Part shown: piece by piece, positions 48,758 to 58,662 of the stretch
Layout: the number at the start of each line of letters is the position of its first letter
Numbering within the stretch: position 1 is the first letter of the stretch
DNA from: Alphaproteobacteria bacterium
GTDB taxonomy: Bacteria; Pseudomonadota; Alphaproteobacteria; TMED109
Direction of reading: 5' to 3'
Length of the DNA stretch: 64,000 nucleotides
Assembly: GCA_965203385.1 (NCBI GenBank)
Contig: OZ241893.1
Coordinates: 269,986-333,985 of the forward strand
Translations under genes and position numbers: made by a program
The notes under the pieces: generated by a model
The model's database searches: none
Told to the model about the DNA's origin: nothing
What the model saw: the letters and a program-made list of their open reading frames with translations, nothing else

Positions 48758-49111
48758 TTATTGGCAGTTTTTCTTCAGTTTGGCCTCATAGAGCTGCCGC
48801 TCCCTGTCGCGAATCTTCTGCCGTGCGATATGCTCCAGCTTTTCGTCGGCCATAACGGACCATAAGCCACCCCAGAATATCTGCTGGGCTTGTCCGCTGG
48901 TTGCTTCTTCGTCAACGCCCCGCTCGTGGCGTTGCAGCAGCAGAAATTCCTGATCGATGTCGTCGCACGACATGGTGCGCAATTGGGCAGCATCAAGTGG
49001 CGGCATTTCCTCGAATTGCTTGGTCGCACAGGCAGTCAGAGCAAGCATTGCTACAGCTACGGTCAGAATATGGGGGGGGGGGATTTCTCCCGAATTACTT
49101 GACATATTCAC
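48758..49111 (-). CDS. hypothetical lipoprotein
   Basis: 117 aa with an LTAC lipobox after a hydrophobic stretch. GC content is lower than the surroundings. GTG at 49111 or ATG at 49105. Confidence 0.55.
   Translation of the reverse strand: MNMSSNSGEIPPPHILTVAVAMLALTACATKQFEEMPPLDAAQLRTMSCDDIDQEFLLLQRHERGVDEEATSGQAQQIFWGGLWSVMADEKLEHIARQKIRDRERQLYEAKLKKNCQ
49072..49082. repeat. G11/C11 homopolymer inside the 5' end of the lipoprotein ORF
   Basis: Read directly. It encodes the PPP of GEIPPPHIL on the minus strand. Confidence 0.9.
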
Positions 49112-49475
49112 GTGTTCCTTCTTCAGGCTATGGTTTCACGCTGAAGGATCCCGCAGTGTTCGACTCTTCGAACACACCTTCCACCTACAGCACGGCTGGT
49201 GAAACTACCCTGAGTGCAATTGCCTGTCTACGCCATGTCGCTGTCAACCTTCGGCGCCGGTCCCGAGCCATTGCCGGAGCGAATGGCAGATGATGACCGG
49301 AAGCGGCGTTCCGTGTTCACGGTACGGACGCCTCGTACCGGCGGCCGGGGTTGCGATCTTCCCAAGCCGGTTTGCCCGGCGGCCGGGTCGCCTGCGGATT
49401 GACACGCTGCCACAACGCTCTGGCCGAAGCCGGCCAGAGACCGAGGCATGGTAGGCTTGCGCGGCCTGTGGCAGC

Positions 49476-49551
49476 GCCGACGTAGCTCAGACGGTAGAGC
49501 AACGCATTCGTAATGCGTGGGTCGGGGGTTCAAGTCCCTCCGTCGGCACCA
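49476..49551 (+). tRNA. tRNA-Thr: tRNA-Thr (anticodon CGU)
   Basis: Manual fold. Acceptor GCCGACG/CGTCGGC, D stem GCTC/GAGC, anticodon stem ACGCA/TGCGT with loop TTCGTAA, T arm GGGGG-TTCAAGT-CCCTC, and an encoded CCA. Confidence 0.85.
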
Positions 49552-49848
49552 CCCGCACTCCGCCCTGGTGGTTCGCGGCAGCTGCGGTAACTGCTCGCGC
49601 CTCCGCATCGGCACGGGTTTCGCGGCGCTTCAGGACGTCAGCAACGCCCGGCATTCCCGATGCCGGCAGGGACCGGCGCCGGCCGCCGCCAAGGGTGGAT
49701 CGATACCGGCTGCGTTCGGAAGCACCGGCCGAGGCCCCGCCGGCGCACGGTTCGCAGCCGGGAGCGGGGATTCGGCGAAGCCCCGGCGCGGGAAACGAAC
49801 CGCGGGCCGGCGTCCCCGTCGGCCGGCCGGGTGAACGCCGATCATGAT

Positions 49849-50070
49849 ATGCTGGCCGGCGATATGCCACTGTTCGGACCCGTCATGCGCCTGCTGATCC
49901 GCCGGGCGGCGGCCAATCCGCAGGTTCAGAAAGCCGCCGTCGAAACGGCGGCGGCGGCCGCGCGCGAGGCCAGGAACATTGCAGCGGATCCATCGCCGGC
50001 GCGACGGCTGGGGCGTCTCGCCGGGCGTGCCCAACGACGACTGTCGGAGATCGTCCAGAGCAAGGACTAG
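49849..50070 (+). CDS. hypothetical small protein (73 aa)
   Basis: Internal ATG of ORF 49660..50070. It ends 2 nt before the efflux operon. Support is weak. Confidence 0.3.
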   Translation: MLAGDMPLFGPVMRLLIRRAAANPQVQKAAVETAAAAAREARNIAADPSPARRLGRLAGRAQRRLSEIVQSKD

Positions 50071-50072
50071 TC

Positions 50073-51443
50073 ATGACCGGCCAGGTACGAACGCATCTCG
50101 GGTTCGCGCTGGTGCTTGCCTGCCCGCTCGCCCTTGCCGCCTGTGAGGGGCCGGAAGTTCCGGCCGAGCCCCTGGACCCCGATGTCACCGCTTTCGACCG
50201 TCTGCAGAGGGTGCTGCCGGGCGGAGACGGACCCATCGACGCCAGGGCGCTGGTGCTTGCCGCCGTGGAACATGCCCCCGTCCGGCGCCGCGCCCGGGCC
50301 GAGCTGGACCGCGCGCAGGCCCACGTGCAGCTCACGGAGGTCAACCAGCCGTTCGTCTACACGTCAGAGGTGGAGTACCACTCCGAGGGAGCGCCCTGGA
50401 CGCTTGGCCTTTCGGTCGAACGTCCGTTTACCCGGACCGAGCTCCGGACGGCCCGGACCGATGCCGCCGTCGCCGCCCGCATCGCCGCCCGGTGGAAGCT
50501 GGAACGGGTCGGCTGGGAGGTGCGCGACCGGATCCTGAAGGCGCTGGTCCGGATCGAACACGCCCGGGGGGAAATCGCCCTCGCGGAAGAGGAAGTGCGG
50601 CTTCGCAACGAACTCGAAGGGATGCTGCAGCAAGGCGTCGCCGCCGGGGTCGCCCGCTTGACCGACCTGCAGCTGGCCGCCGCCCGGGCACAGCAGGCGC
50701 GGCTGGCCCTGGACGCCGCGCGGTCGCGCACCGTCGAGGCCGAAACCGAACTGGCGGCAGCGCTCGGCCTCTCGCGGCGGGCGGTCCGGGAGCGCGCCAT
50801 TCGGCCCTCGGTCGGAGAACTGCTGGCGGCGGCCGTCGAGCCGGCCCGATTCGACATCATGCTCCGCCGCGCCCTGGTGCGCCGCTCCGACGTGCTGGTG
50901 GCCCTCGCCGACTACGGCGCGGCGGAGGCCCGCCTCCGGATCACGCTCGCGGCGCTGACTCCGGACCTGTCGCTTGCACCGGGAATCCTGTGGGACCAGA
51001 AGGACTTCGTGCTGCGTCTGGCCGGAGCGGTGGTTCCGGTGCCCGAAATCACGGATGCGAAGGTAGCGATAGCGGTTTCGGAACGGGACGCTGCCCGCTT
51101 GACGTTCGAAGAGGTGCAGGCAGGGGTTCTGGCCGATGCCGAGGCGGCCTGGACGAAGCTTGCCACGGCCGACCGGGAGGCGGTCTCCGCCGCCGCCGAA
51201 ACCGCAGTGGCCGAGACGAAAGTCCGTCAGACCGAAACCGCGATTCGGCAGCGTACGCTCCCGGCCACGGCCGAGCCCGCCGGCCGGCTGCGGCTGCTCG
51301 CCGCCCGCCGGGCCGGTGCCGCCGCCGAACTGCGGCGGCAAACCGCGCTGATCGACCTCGAACTCGCGGTGGAGCGCGTGCTGAACGGCGCGGCGGCGCC
51401 TCGGGGCGCGCCCTGGCTTGCCGACCCCGAACCGTCCGAGTGA
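50073..51443 (+). CDS. TolC/CzcC-like outer-membrane efflux lipoprotein
   Basis: 456 aa with an LAAC lipobox and Ala/Arg/Leu-rich coiled repeats typical of OMF proteins. It is the first gene of a three-gene RND operon. Confidence 0.7.
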   Translation: MTGQVRTHLGFALVLACPLALAACEGPEVPAEPLDPDVTAFDRLQRVLPGGDGPIDARALVLAAVEHAPVRRRARAELDRAQAHVQLTEVNQPFVYTSEVEYHSEGAPWTLGLSVERPFTRTELRTARTDAAVAARIAARWKLERVGWEVRDRILKALVRIEHARGEIALAEEEVRLRNELEGMLQQGVAAGVARLTDLQLAAARAQQARLALDAARSRTVEAETELAAALGLSRRAVRERAIRPSVGELLAAAVEPARFDIMLRRALVRRSDVLVALADYGAAEARLRITLAALTPDLSLAPGILWDQKDFVLRLAGAVVPVPEITDAKVAIAVSERDAARLTFEEVQAGVLADAEAAWTKLATADREAVSAAAETAVAETKVRQTETAIRQRTLPATAEPAGRLRLLAARRAGAAAELRRQTALIDLELAVERVLNGAAAPRGAPWLADPEPSE

Positions 51444-51456
51444 GGGAGAACGCGCC

Positions 51457-52581
51457 GTGCGCCTGACACTCGTGTTGATCGCCGCGTTCCTCGGCGGCTA
51501 TGCGGCCGTGTACGGGCTTCAGCGTCTCGCCCCCGAATCAGTTCTCGCAGCCGTGGGCTTCGACTGGTGGCCGGATGCCCGTCCGGCAGCCCCGCTCGCC
51601 CTGCGTGAATCGGAGCATGACGACGATCACGACGACGACGACGATGATGATGATGATGATGATGCGCCGGTCGCCGCGCTGCAACTTGACGGGAACGAGC
51701 AGTTCCTGGTGTTTCCCCCGGGGGTGGCCGAAGCCAACGGGGTCGTGGTGGCGGACGTGCGGGCGGGCACCTGGACGGAGCGGTACACCAGCCTCGGCAC
51801 GGTCCTCGACATTGCCGCCCTGCTCGGCGATGTCGCGAGCATCGAGGGGACCGAACGCCTGATCGCGCAGTCCGAAGCCCGGATGCAGCCGCTGCGCGAA
51901 CGTCTCGACCGCCTGCAGCAGGCGTATGACGCCGGCCTGATCGCACTGGCCGACGTGAACCTGGCGGAGCGTTCCCTGCGCGAGGAAGAGATGGCGCGCT
52001 CCGAGCACACGGCGGTGCGGATGCAGACGTTGCAGCGCATCGAGTACCAGTGGGGCCCCTACTTCGCCCGGGCGGCGGCCGACCGGGCGCCGCTGCTGGC
52101 AGCGTTGGCGAGCCGCCGCACGGCGCTGGTGCAGGCCTCGCTGCCGCCCGGACTGGCCGGGCGGGAGTTCCGCACCGAGATCCTGAGCAACGGCACGGCG
52201 CGGCCCGTCCAGCTCATCGGGCCCGGCTTCGCCGACGTGGCCGGGATGGGCTCCGACGCCGTGACGCTGCTCGCCGACGGCGGTGGCCTGCGGCCCGGCC
52301 TTCGGGTCGAGATCGCCTTTGCCGCGACCGACCGCACCGAGCCGGGGGTGATCATCCCGACCAGCGCCGTCCTCTTTCACGGGGACGGCACCTGGGTGTA
52401 CCGCGACTTCGGAGACGGCCGCTTCGGCCGGCGGGCCCTCGCCGGCCTCCGGCGACTCGACCGGAGCTGGTTCGTGCCGGAATCGGTGCTGGAGGCCGAT
52501 GCGCGCATCGTGATTCGCGGCGGCCAGATGCTGCTCGCGGAGGAGTTCCGGGCCGACATCATGCGCGAAGACGACGACTGA
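51457..52581 (+). CDS. RND efflux periplasmic adaptor (CzcB-like) with an Asp/His-rich tract
   Basis: The GTG at 51457 follows GAGGGAGA. It has an N-terminal TM segment and an EHDDDHD11 tract. Position between the OMF and RND pump genes. Confidence 0.65.
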   Translation: MRLTLVLIAAFLGGYAAVYGLQRLAPESVLAAVGFDWWPDARPAAPLALRESEHDDDHDDDDDDDDDDDAPVAALQLDGNEQFLVFPPGVAEANGVVVADVRAGTWTERYTSLGTVLDIAALLGDVASIEGTERLIAQSEARMQPLRERLDRLQQAYDAGLIALADVNLAERSLREEEMARSEHTAVRMQTLQRIEYQWGPYFARAAADRAPLLAALASRRTALVQASLPPGLAGREFRTEILSNGTARPVQLIGPGFADVAGMGSDAVTLLADGGGLRPGLRVEIAFAATDRTEPGVIIPTSAVLFHGDGTWVYRDFGDGRFGRRALAGLRRLDRSWFVPESVLEADARIVIRGGQMLLAEEFRADIMREDDD

Positions 52582-52585
52582 CTTC

Positions 52586-55500
52586 GTGCTCGAGCTGATC
52601 GTCAGGTTCTCGATCCGGCATCCGGGTGTCGTGACGCTTCTGGCCGCGGCCCTGGTGGCGGCCGGGGTCTGGCGCCTGTCCGAGGGCGCCTTCGATATTT
52701 TCCCCGAGTTTGCCCCGCGCCAGGTCGTCATCCAGACCGAAGCTCCGGGGCTCACCGCCGAACAGGTCGAGACCGGAGTCACCCGCCCGCTCGAGGAGGT
52801 GCTGAGAGGCCTGCCCCGCCTGGTCGGCACCGGGTCGGAATCGATCGGCGGCCTCTCGATCGTCACCCTCACGTTCGAAGACGGAACGCGCGATGAAGGC
52901 AACCGGGCGGCCGTTGCGGCCCGCCTCGCGGTAGCAGCGGGGCAGCTGCACCGTTCCGCCGCTCCGCCCGCGATCGTTCCGTTGTCCTCCAGCGCGGCCA
53001 CGGTCATGACGGTCGGATTCACCGCGGAACGGGACCCGGAACGGTTGCGCTCCACGATCGACCGGCTGGTGCTGCCGCACGTGCTGGCGGTCCCGGGCGT
53101 GGCCGACGTCAACGTGTTCGGAGGCGCTGGCGAATCCCTGCAGGTCCGGCCCGACCCGAAGCGGCTGGCACGGGCCGGAATCACGATCGCCGACGTGACG
53201 GAGGCGGTCCGGGCGGCCGGACATCGGGGAACGGGCCGCATCGACACGCCCAACCAGACCCTGGCCGTGGTCGTGGGCGACGAGGCCCTGTCCGAGGCCA
53301 CCCTCCGGTCCCTGCGCATCACGCGGCCCGACGGCGTCCGCCTGCCCCTGACGGACGTCGCCGACATCGGCTTCGGCGCTTCCCATCCGATCAGCATGGC
53401 GACGGTCGGGGGCGAACCCGCCGTACTGCTGATGGTGATCGGCCAGTTCGCCTCGAGCACGGTCGCCGTGACCCGCAGCCTGGACCGCGCGCTGGACGAG
53501 CTGACCCCCGCCCTCGCGTCCATCGGCGTCTTCGTGCACCGTGACCTGTTTCGTCCGGCGGGCTACGTCGAGCGGTCGGTGAACAGCATCTTCGGACACC
53601 TCGCCATCGGCGCCGGGCTCGTGGTCCTGGTACTGCTCGCCTTCCTGTTCGATGTCCGGGCGGCGGTCATCACGGCGAGCGCGATTCCCGTCTCGCTGCT
53701 GGCCGCCGCGCTCGGGATGCTTGAAACCGGGAACACGTTCAACATCATGGTCATCGGCGGCCTCGCCATCGCCCTGGGCGAGGTGGTCGACGACGCCATC
53801 ATCGACACCGAGAACATCCAGCGCCGCCTGCGCCAGAACCGGACGCTGCCGGCACCGCGCCCGGCCCGGGCGGTGGTGCTGGACGCGTCGATGGAAGTGC
53901 GAGGGTCGATGGTGCATGCAAGCGTCATCGTGATGCTCGTGTTCGTGCCGCTGTTCGCCATTTCCGGGGTGGCGGGCCGCATGTTCGCCCCCCTCGCCTT
54001 GGCCTACATCATGGCCATCTTCGCCTCCCTGGTGACCGCCCTCACCCTGACGCCCGCGCTGTGCCGGGTCCTGCTGGCCGCGCGAACCACTGAGCGCACG
54101 CCGCCCCTCATCCGCTGGCTGACCCCGGCCTACGCCTGGACCCTGCGGCAGCTGAACCGGGCCCCGGGCGTCGTGATCGTGGTCGCGCTCGGCGGATCGC
54201 TGGCGGGCGTCGCCCTGCTGCCCGGCCTCGGCAGTTCCTTTCTGCCCGAGCTCCGTGAAGGGCACTACATGATCCACACGTCCGGCCTTCCGGGTACTTC
54301 CCTCGAGGAGACGATCCGGATGGGAACCCGCCTGACCCGGCAGGTCCTGCAGGTGGACGGGGTGCGGTCCATGTCGCAATGGGCCGGACGCGCCGAACGC
54401 GGTGCCGACACCTACGGCAGCCACTACGCCGAGTACGAAGTGGAGCTCGAGCCGCTTTCGGGCCGCGAACAGCAGGAGGTGTTCGACCGGATCCGGGAGA
54501 TCCTGAACCGGACGCCGGGCATCGCCTCGGAACTGAACACCTTCCTGACGGAGCGCGTCGACGAAACCGTCTCCGGGTACGCGGCCCCCCTTGCCGTCCG
54601 GATCTTCGGTCCCGATCTCGGCGTGCTGGATGCCGCCGCCACCCGCATCGCCCACCGGCTGGAAGCCGTGCCGGGGCTCACCCAGGTGCGGGTGCGGGCC
54701 GCCCTCGGCCGTCCGCAGGCCGAGGTGCATCTCGATTGGGAACGTCTCGGACGAGCGGGGATCGCCCCGGCCGAAGTAGTCGAGGCCGTCGAAGCGACCT
54801 ACGGCGGCCTGCGGCTCGGCACGGTGTTCCGCGACGGACTCCCGGTGCCGGTGACCCTGATGTACGACGCGCGCGACCGCGCGAACCCGCTCGCCCTCGG
54901 CGATCTTCTGGTCCGCCGTCCGGACGGGGTGCTGGAACCGCTCGGCGCCCTGGCCGAGATCCGCATGGCCCGCGGGCGCTACTCCATCCTGCGCGACGGC
55001 GGACGGCGGCTGCAGGTCGTCACCGCGCACCTCGCCGACCCCGACGTGGAAACCGTGCTCCAGCGCGTCGAAGCGGCGCTCGACGGGGCGGACATTCTCC
55101 CCCGGGGCGTCTATGCCGATCTGACCGGATCGGCGCTCGAACAGCGCCGCTCGCGGGAGGAACTGATCGTCGCGGCGCTCGCGGCCGGCCTCGGGATCCT
55201 GATCCTCGCCCGGATGGCCATCGGCCGGGGCCGGGTCCTGCTGCTCGTTCTCGCCAACCTCCCCTTCGCCCTCGTCGGCGGGGTCGTGGCCGCCTACTTC
55301 ACGGGCGGGGTGGTCTCCCTCGGGTCGCTGGTGGGATTCGTGACGCTCTTCGGGATCACGCTGCGCAACTCCATCATGCTGATCTCCCACTACCGCCATC
55401 TGGTCGTCGTGGAAGGGGCGCCGTGGACCACCGATACCGCCATCCGCGGCGCCGTGGAACGCCTGCCCTCGATTCTGATGACGGCGCTGGTCACGGCCCT

Positions 55501-55828
55501 GGCCATGCTCCCGATCGCCCTGTACGCGGACAATCCCGGCCACGAGATCATGGGCCCGATGGCGGCCATCATCATCGGCGGACTGGGGTCGTCCACGCTG
55601 CTCAACCTGCTGGTCCTGCCGCTCATGATGCGGTGGCTGGGGAACTTCGGAACCGAGCACCCCGAGTCCGCGGGGTGCCGGTCCAGACCGGCGGCTGAGC
55701 CGCCCGGTGCGCCGCCGGGAATCCGGGGCCCGGGCTATCCCGCCGCGGTGCAGGCCAGGAGGTCGTCCACGGTGCGAAGGGTCGCGAGGACCCGCCGCCA
55801 GCGCCGCGCTCCCGGCTCGCGCCGGTAG
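52586..55828 (+). CDS. RND efflux permease, CzcA/CusA (heavy-metal efflux) family
   Basis: 1080 aa with a typical HME-RND N-terminus (IRHPGVVTLLAAALVAAGVW...FPEFAPRQVVIQTEAPG). The basic 3' tail overlaps dusA, so the true C-terminus may be earlier. Confidence 0.8.
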   Translation: MLELIVRFSIRHPGVVTLLAAALVAAGVWRLSEGAFDIFPEFAPRQVVIQTEAPGLTAEQVETGVTRPLEEVLRGLPRLVGTGSESIGGLSIVTLTFEDGTRDEGNRAAVAARLAVAAGQLHRSAAPPAIVPLSSSAATVMTVGFTAERDPERLRSTIDRLVLPHVLAVPGVADVNVFGGAGESLQVRPDPKRLARAGITIADVTEAVRAAGHRGTGRIDTPNQTLAVVVGDEALSEATLRSLRITRPDGVRLPLTDVADIGFGASHPISMATVGGEPAVLLMVIGQFASSTVAVTRSLDRALDELTPALASIGVFVHRDLFRPAGYVERSVNSIFGHLAIGAGLVVLVLLAFLFDVRAAVITASAIPVSLLAAALGMLETGNTFNIMVIGGLAIALGEVVDDAIIDTENIQRRLRQNRTLPAPRPARAVVLDASMEVRGSMVHASVIVMLVFVPLFAISGVAGRMFAPLALAYIMAIFASLVTALTLTPALCRVLLAARTTERTPPLIRWLTPAYAWTLRQLNRAPGVVIVVALGGSLAGVALLPGLGSSFLPELREGHYMIHTSGLPGTSLEETIRMGTRLTRQVLQVDGVRSMSQWAGRAERGADTYGSHYAEYEVELEPLSGREQQEVFDRIREILNRTPGIASELNTFLTERVDETVSGYAAPLAVRIFGPDLGVLDAAATRIAHRLEAVPGLTQVRVRAALGRPQAEVHLDWERLGRAGIAPAEVVEAVEATYGGLRLGTVFRDGLPVPVTLMYDARDRANPLALGDLLVRRPDGVLEPLGALAEIRMARGRYSILRDGGRRLQVVTAHLADPDVETVLQRVEAALDGADILPRGVYADLTGSALEQRRSREELIVAALAAGLGILILARMAIGRGRVLLLVLANLPFALVGGVVAAYFTGGVVSLGSLVGFVTLFGITLRNSIMLISHYRHLVVVEGAPWTTDTAIRGAVERLPSILMTALVTALAMLPIALYADNPGHEIMGPMAAIIIGGLGSSTLLNLLVLPLMMRWLGNFGTEHPESAGCRSRPAAEPPGAPPGIRGPGYPAAVQARRSSTVRRVARTRRQRRAPGSRR

Positions 55829-56718
55829 AGCCCGGCGAGCGGACGGACCAGCCGCCGCAACGGCACGCCTTCGGCCAGGGCCCGGACCAGGTACGGCGCG
55901 TGGGCCCGGACGGCCTGCTCGCGGGTCAGCGCCCGCCGCGGCGCCCCGAACACCTGCTGGTCCGCCTCGGCAAACAGCCAGGGGTGGTCCCAGGCGGCCC
56001 GTCCGATCATGACCCCGTCGAGGCCGTCCGCGAGAAAGCTTCCGGCCTCCGCCAGCGAGCGGATGCCGCCGTTGACGACCACCGCCAGGTCGGGCCGGCC
56101 GCGGGCCAGGCGCCGGACCCGGTCGTAGTCGAGGGGCGGAACCGTGCGGTTCGCGGCCGGGCTGAGCCCGTCCAGCCAGGCGCTCCGGGCATGCAGGATG
56201 ATCCGCCGGCATCCCGCTTCGGCGACCGCCCCGACAAAATCGTCCAGGAACGCGTCGCTCTGGTCGCCGTCGAGACCGATGCGGGCCTTGACGGTGACCG
56301 GCAGGTCCGTGCTCTCGGTCATCGCCCGCACGCAGACCGCGGTCCGCGCCGGGGTCCGCATCAGGACCGCGCCGAAGCCTCCGTCCCGCACCGCGCGGCT
56401 GGGACAGCCGCAGTTGAGATTGACCTCCCGGTACCCGTAACGCCCGGCGTGCCGCACGGCCCGGGCCAGACCGGCGGGCTCGCCGCCGCCGATCTGGAGC
56501 GCGACCGGGTGTTCGGCCGGGTCGAACCGGAGATACCGGTCGCGCCCGGCCTGGAAAATCGCCCCCAGCGGGATCATCTCGGTATAGAGCAGCGTGTGCC
56601 GGGTCAGCCGGCGCATGAACCGCCGGTAGTGGCGGTCGGTTCGCTGCATCATGGGCGCGATGGAGAGGCGCCCCGCCCGGGCGTCCGGGCGAGAGGGCCG
56701 GGCGGTTGCGTCTGGCAT
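55735..56718 (-). CDS. dusA: tRNA dihydrouridine(20/20a) synthase DusA
   Basis: 327 aa. LSIAPMMQRTDRHYRRF, NLNCGCPS and VTVKARIG are present. Confidence 0.85.
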   Translation of the reverse strand: MPDATARPSRPDARAGRLSIAPMMQRTDRHYRRFMRRLTRHTLLYTEMIPLGAIFQAGRDRYLRFDPAEHPVALQIGGGEPAGLARAVRHAGRYGYREVNLNCGCPSRAVRDGGFGAVLMRTPARTAVCVRAMTESTDLPVTVKARIGLDGDQSDAFLDDFVGAVAEAGCRRIILHARSAWLDGLSPAANRTVPPLDYDRVRRLARGRPDLAVVVNGGIRSLAEAGSFLADGLDGVMIGRAAWDHPWLFAEADQQVFGAPRRALTREQAVRAHAPYLVRALAEGVPLRRLVRPLAGLYRREPGARRWRRVLATLRTVDDLLACTAAG

Positions 56719-56803
56719 GGACTTCCTGCAAGGTGCGCCGACGGGACGGAGCGGGGACTGCGCGGTTCGCGTTGCGTGTGTGGGACGCTGCGGAGACGCG
56801 CAG

Positions 56804-57703
56804 ATGATGGCGCTGGCCGCGATCGTCGTCGACAGCCTGGTCTACGCGTCCTGGCTGTTCATCGTATCGATCGGCCTCACCCTCATTTTCGGGGTGATGA
56901 AGGTTCTCAATGTAGCGCACGGGAGCCTCTACGCGCTCGGCGCGTACACGGCCGCCTGGGCCGTGGGGCTGTACGTCGCGGGGGCGCCCGATGCCGGCTT
57001 CGAGCTGCTCGCCATCATGCTGGCGGCGGCGGTCGTCGTCGGGCTCGCGGCCGGCCTCCTGATGGAGCGCGGGATCCTGCGCTGGGTCTACGGCCGCGAC
57101 GAGATCGTGATCGTCCTCGCGACCTACGCGGTCTTCCTCATCCTCGAAGACGTCATGAAACTGGTGTTCGGGCCGGAATCGTACATCGCGTTCCAGCCCC
57201 GGTTCCTGTTCGGCACGATCCCGGTGGCCGGCATCCCCTACGTGGGGTACGACCTGCTCCTGGTCCCCCTGGTGGCAGCGATCGGCCTCGGCATCTGGGC
57301 CGCCATCCACCGCACCCGGCCGGGCAAGCTGCTGATCGCCGTGATCCACGACCGGGAGATCGCGGCCGCGCTCGGGATCAACGTGACCCGCTTCTTCACG
57401 CTCACGTTCCTGTGCGGAGCGGTGCTGGGCGCGCTCGGGGGCGCCCTCAGCGCGCCGCTGATCTCGGTCGTTCCCGGCATCGGCGTGGAACTGATCGTGC
57501 TGGCCTTCGCCGTCGTCGTGATCGGCGGGCTGGGGTCGGTCGAGGGCGCGGCCGTCGGGGCGCTGCTGGTCGGCCTGGGCCGCACCGCCGCCGTGTTCTT
57601 CCAGCCGGAACTGGAACTGTTCGTGGTCTTCGTGGTCATGACCCTGGTCCTTGCCCTGCGCCCCGAAGGCCTGTTCGGCAAGCCGCAGGCGCGGCGCATA
57701 TGA
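56804..57703 (+). CDS. livH: branched-chain amino acid ABC transporter permease (LivH-like)
   Basis: The ATG at 56804 lies within ORF 56651..57703. IGLTLIFGVMKVLNVAHG is the family signature. Confidence 0.8.
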   Translation: MMALAAIVVDSLVYASWLFIVSIGLTLIFGVMKVLNVAHGSLYALGAYTAAWAVGLYVAGAPDAGFELLAIMLAAAVVVGLAAGLLMERGILRWVYGRDEIVIVLATYAVFLILEDVMKLVFGPESYIAFQPRFLFGTIPVAGIPYVGYDLLLVPLVAAIGLGIWAAIHRTRPGKLLIAVIHDREIAAALGINVTRFFTLTFLCGAVLGALGGALSAPLISVVPGIGVELIVLAFAVVVIGGLGSVEGAAVGALLVGLGRTAAVFFQPELELFVVFVVMTLVLALRPEGLFGKPQARRI

Positions 57704-58662
57704 AGGGCCTCCGGAAGCCCCGCCCCACGACGGCGGGGATTGCCGCCGCGGCGCTGCTGCTCCTCGCCGCCTGGCCGCTGATGCCGGCCTGGGCGGCGCA
57801 TACCGCCGCGGTCTCGCTGGGCGGCGGACTGGTCGTCCTCGGGCTGCTGATCCTGATCCGGTTCGGCCTGGTATCGTTCGGCCAGGGGCTGTTCTTCGCC
57901 ATCGGCGGCTATACGGCCGCACTCGCCAACCAGCTGCTCGGGATCACCGACATGGCGCTGCTGAGCGCCGCCGGCGTCGTCGCGGCCGGCGCCCTCGCCT
58001 GGATCCTCGGCTTCATCGTCCGCAGCCACCGGGGCATCTTCTTCGCGATGCTCAACCTCGCCTTCTCGATGATCCTGTTCGGCATCCTGGCCAGGACGGT
58101 CGCACTCGGCAGCACCGACGGGTTCAGCGTGGGTGTGCCGACCCTGTTCGGCGTCGCGCCGGCCCCGGAGGCCGGGCGGCTCACGCTCGTCCTGTTCGGC
58201 TACATCGTCACGGTCACCGCCGCCGTCGCCTGGGCGGTGGACCGGGTCCTCGCCAGCCCCGTCGGGTACGCCGGCCAGGGGGTGCGCGAAAACGAGCTCC
58301 GGCTCCGCTACCTGGGCGTGTCGGCCCGCCAGACGGTGCATGTCGCCTACATCGCCGCCGCCAAGCTGGCGGCGCTGGGCGGCGTGTTCACGGTCCTGCT
58401 GATCGGTCACGTCACGCCCGAGGACACGGCGTACTGGACCAAGTCCGGGGAGTTCGTGTTCGTCGCGATCCTCGGCGGGTCCGGACACGTCGCGGCGCCG
58501 TTCATCGCCCAGTCGGTATTCGAACTGGTGCGCACGTTCGCCCTCCAGTACGCCCCCGAAGCGTGGCAGATGCTCCTGGGCTTCACGCTCCTGCTGATCA
58601 TCCTGTTCCTGCCGGACGGGCTGTGGTCGCTGGTCCGCCGGCTGCGCCGCCGCCATGCCTGA
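57700..58662 (+). CDS. livM: branched-chain amino acid ABC transporter permease (LivM-like)
   Basis: The ATG at 57700 overlaps the livH stop (ATGA). It is the last 320 codons of ORF 55900..58662. GLVSFGQGLFFAIGGYTAA is present. Confidence 0.8.
   Translation: MKGLRKPRPTTAGIAAAALLLLAAWPLMPAWAAHTAAVSLGGGLVVLGLLILIRFGLVSFGQGLFFAIGGYTAALANQLLGITDMALLSAAGVVAAGALAWILGFIVRSHRGIFFAMLNLAFSMILFGILARTVALGSTDGFSVGVPTLFGVAPAPEAGRLTLVLFGYIVTVTAAVAWAVDRVLASPVGYAGQGVRENELRLRYLGVSARQTVHVAYIAAAKLAALGGVFTVLLIGHVTPEDTAYWTKSGEFVFVAILGGSGHVAAPFIAQSVFELVRTFALQYAPEAWQMLLGFTLLLIILFLPDGLWSLVRRLRRRHA

Noticed and set aside
52559-57922. 1,787-aa ORF on the minus strand. Similar giant ORFs occur at 10130..12793, 24063..26216, 16483..18885, 31950..34070 and 55900..58662.
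   Set aside because: They run antisense to, or out of frame with, well-supported genes (RND pump, dusA, livH, istA/istB, CoxL-like, res). They are Arg/Pro/Gly-rich low-complexity translations typical of shadow ORFs in high-GC DNA. Only the portions annotated above are coding.
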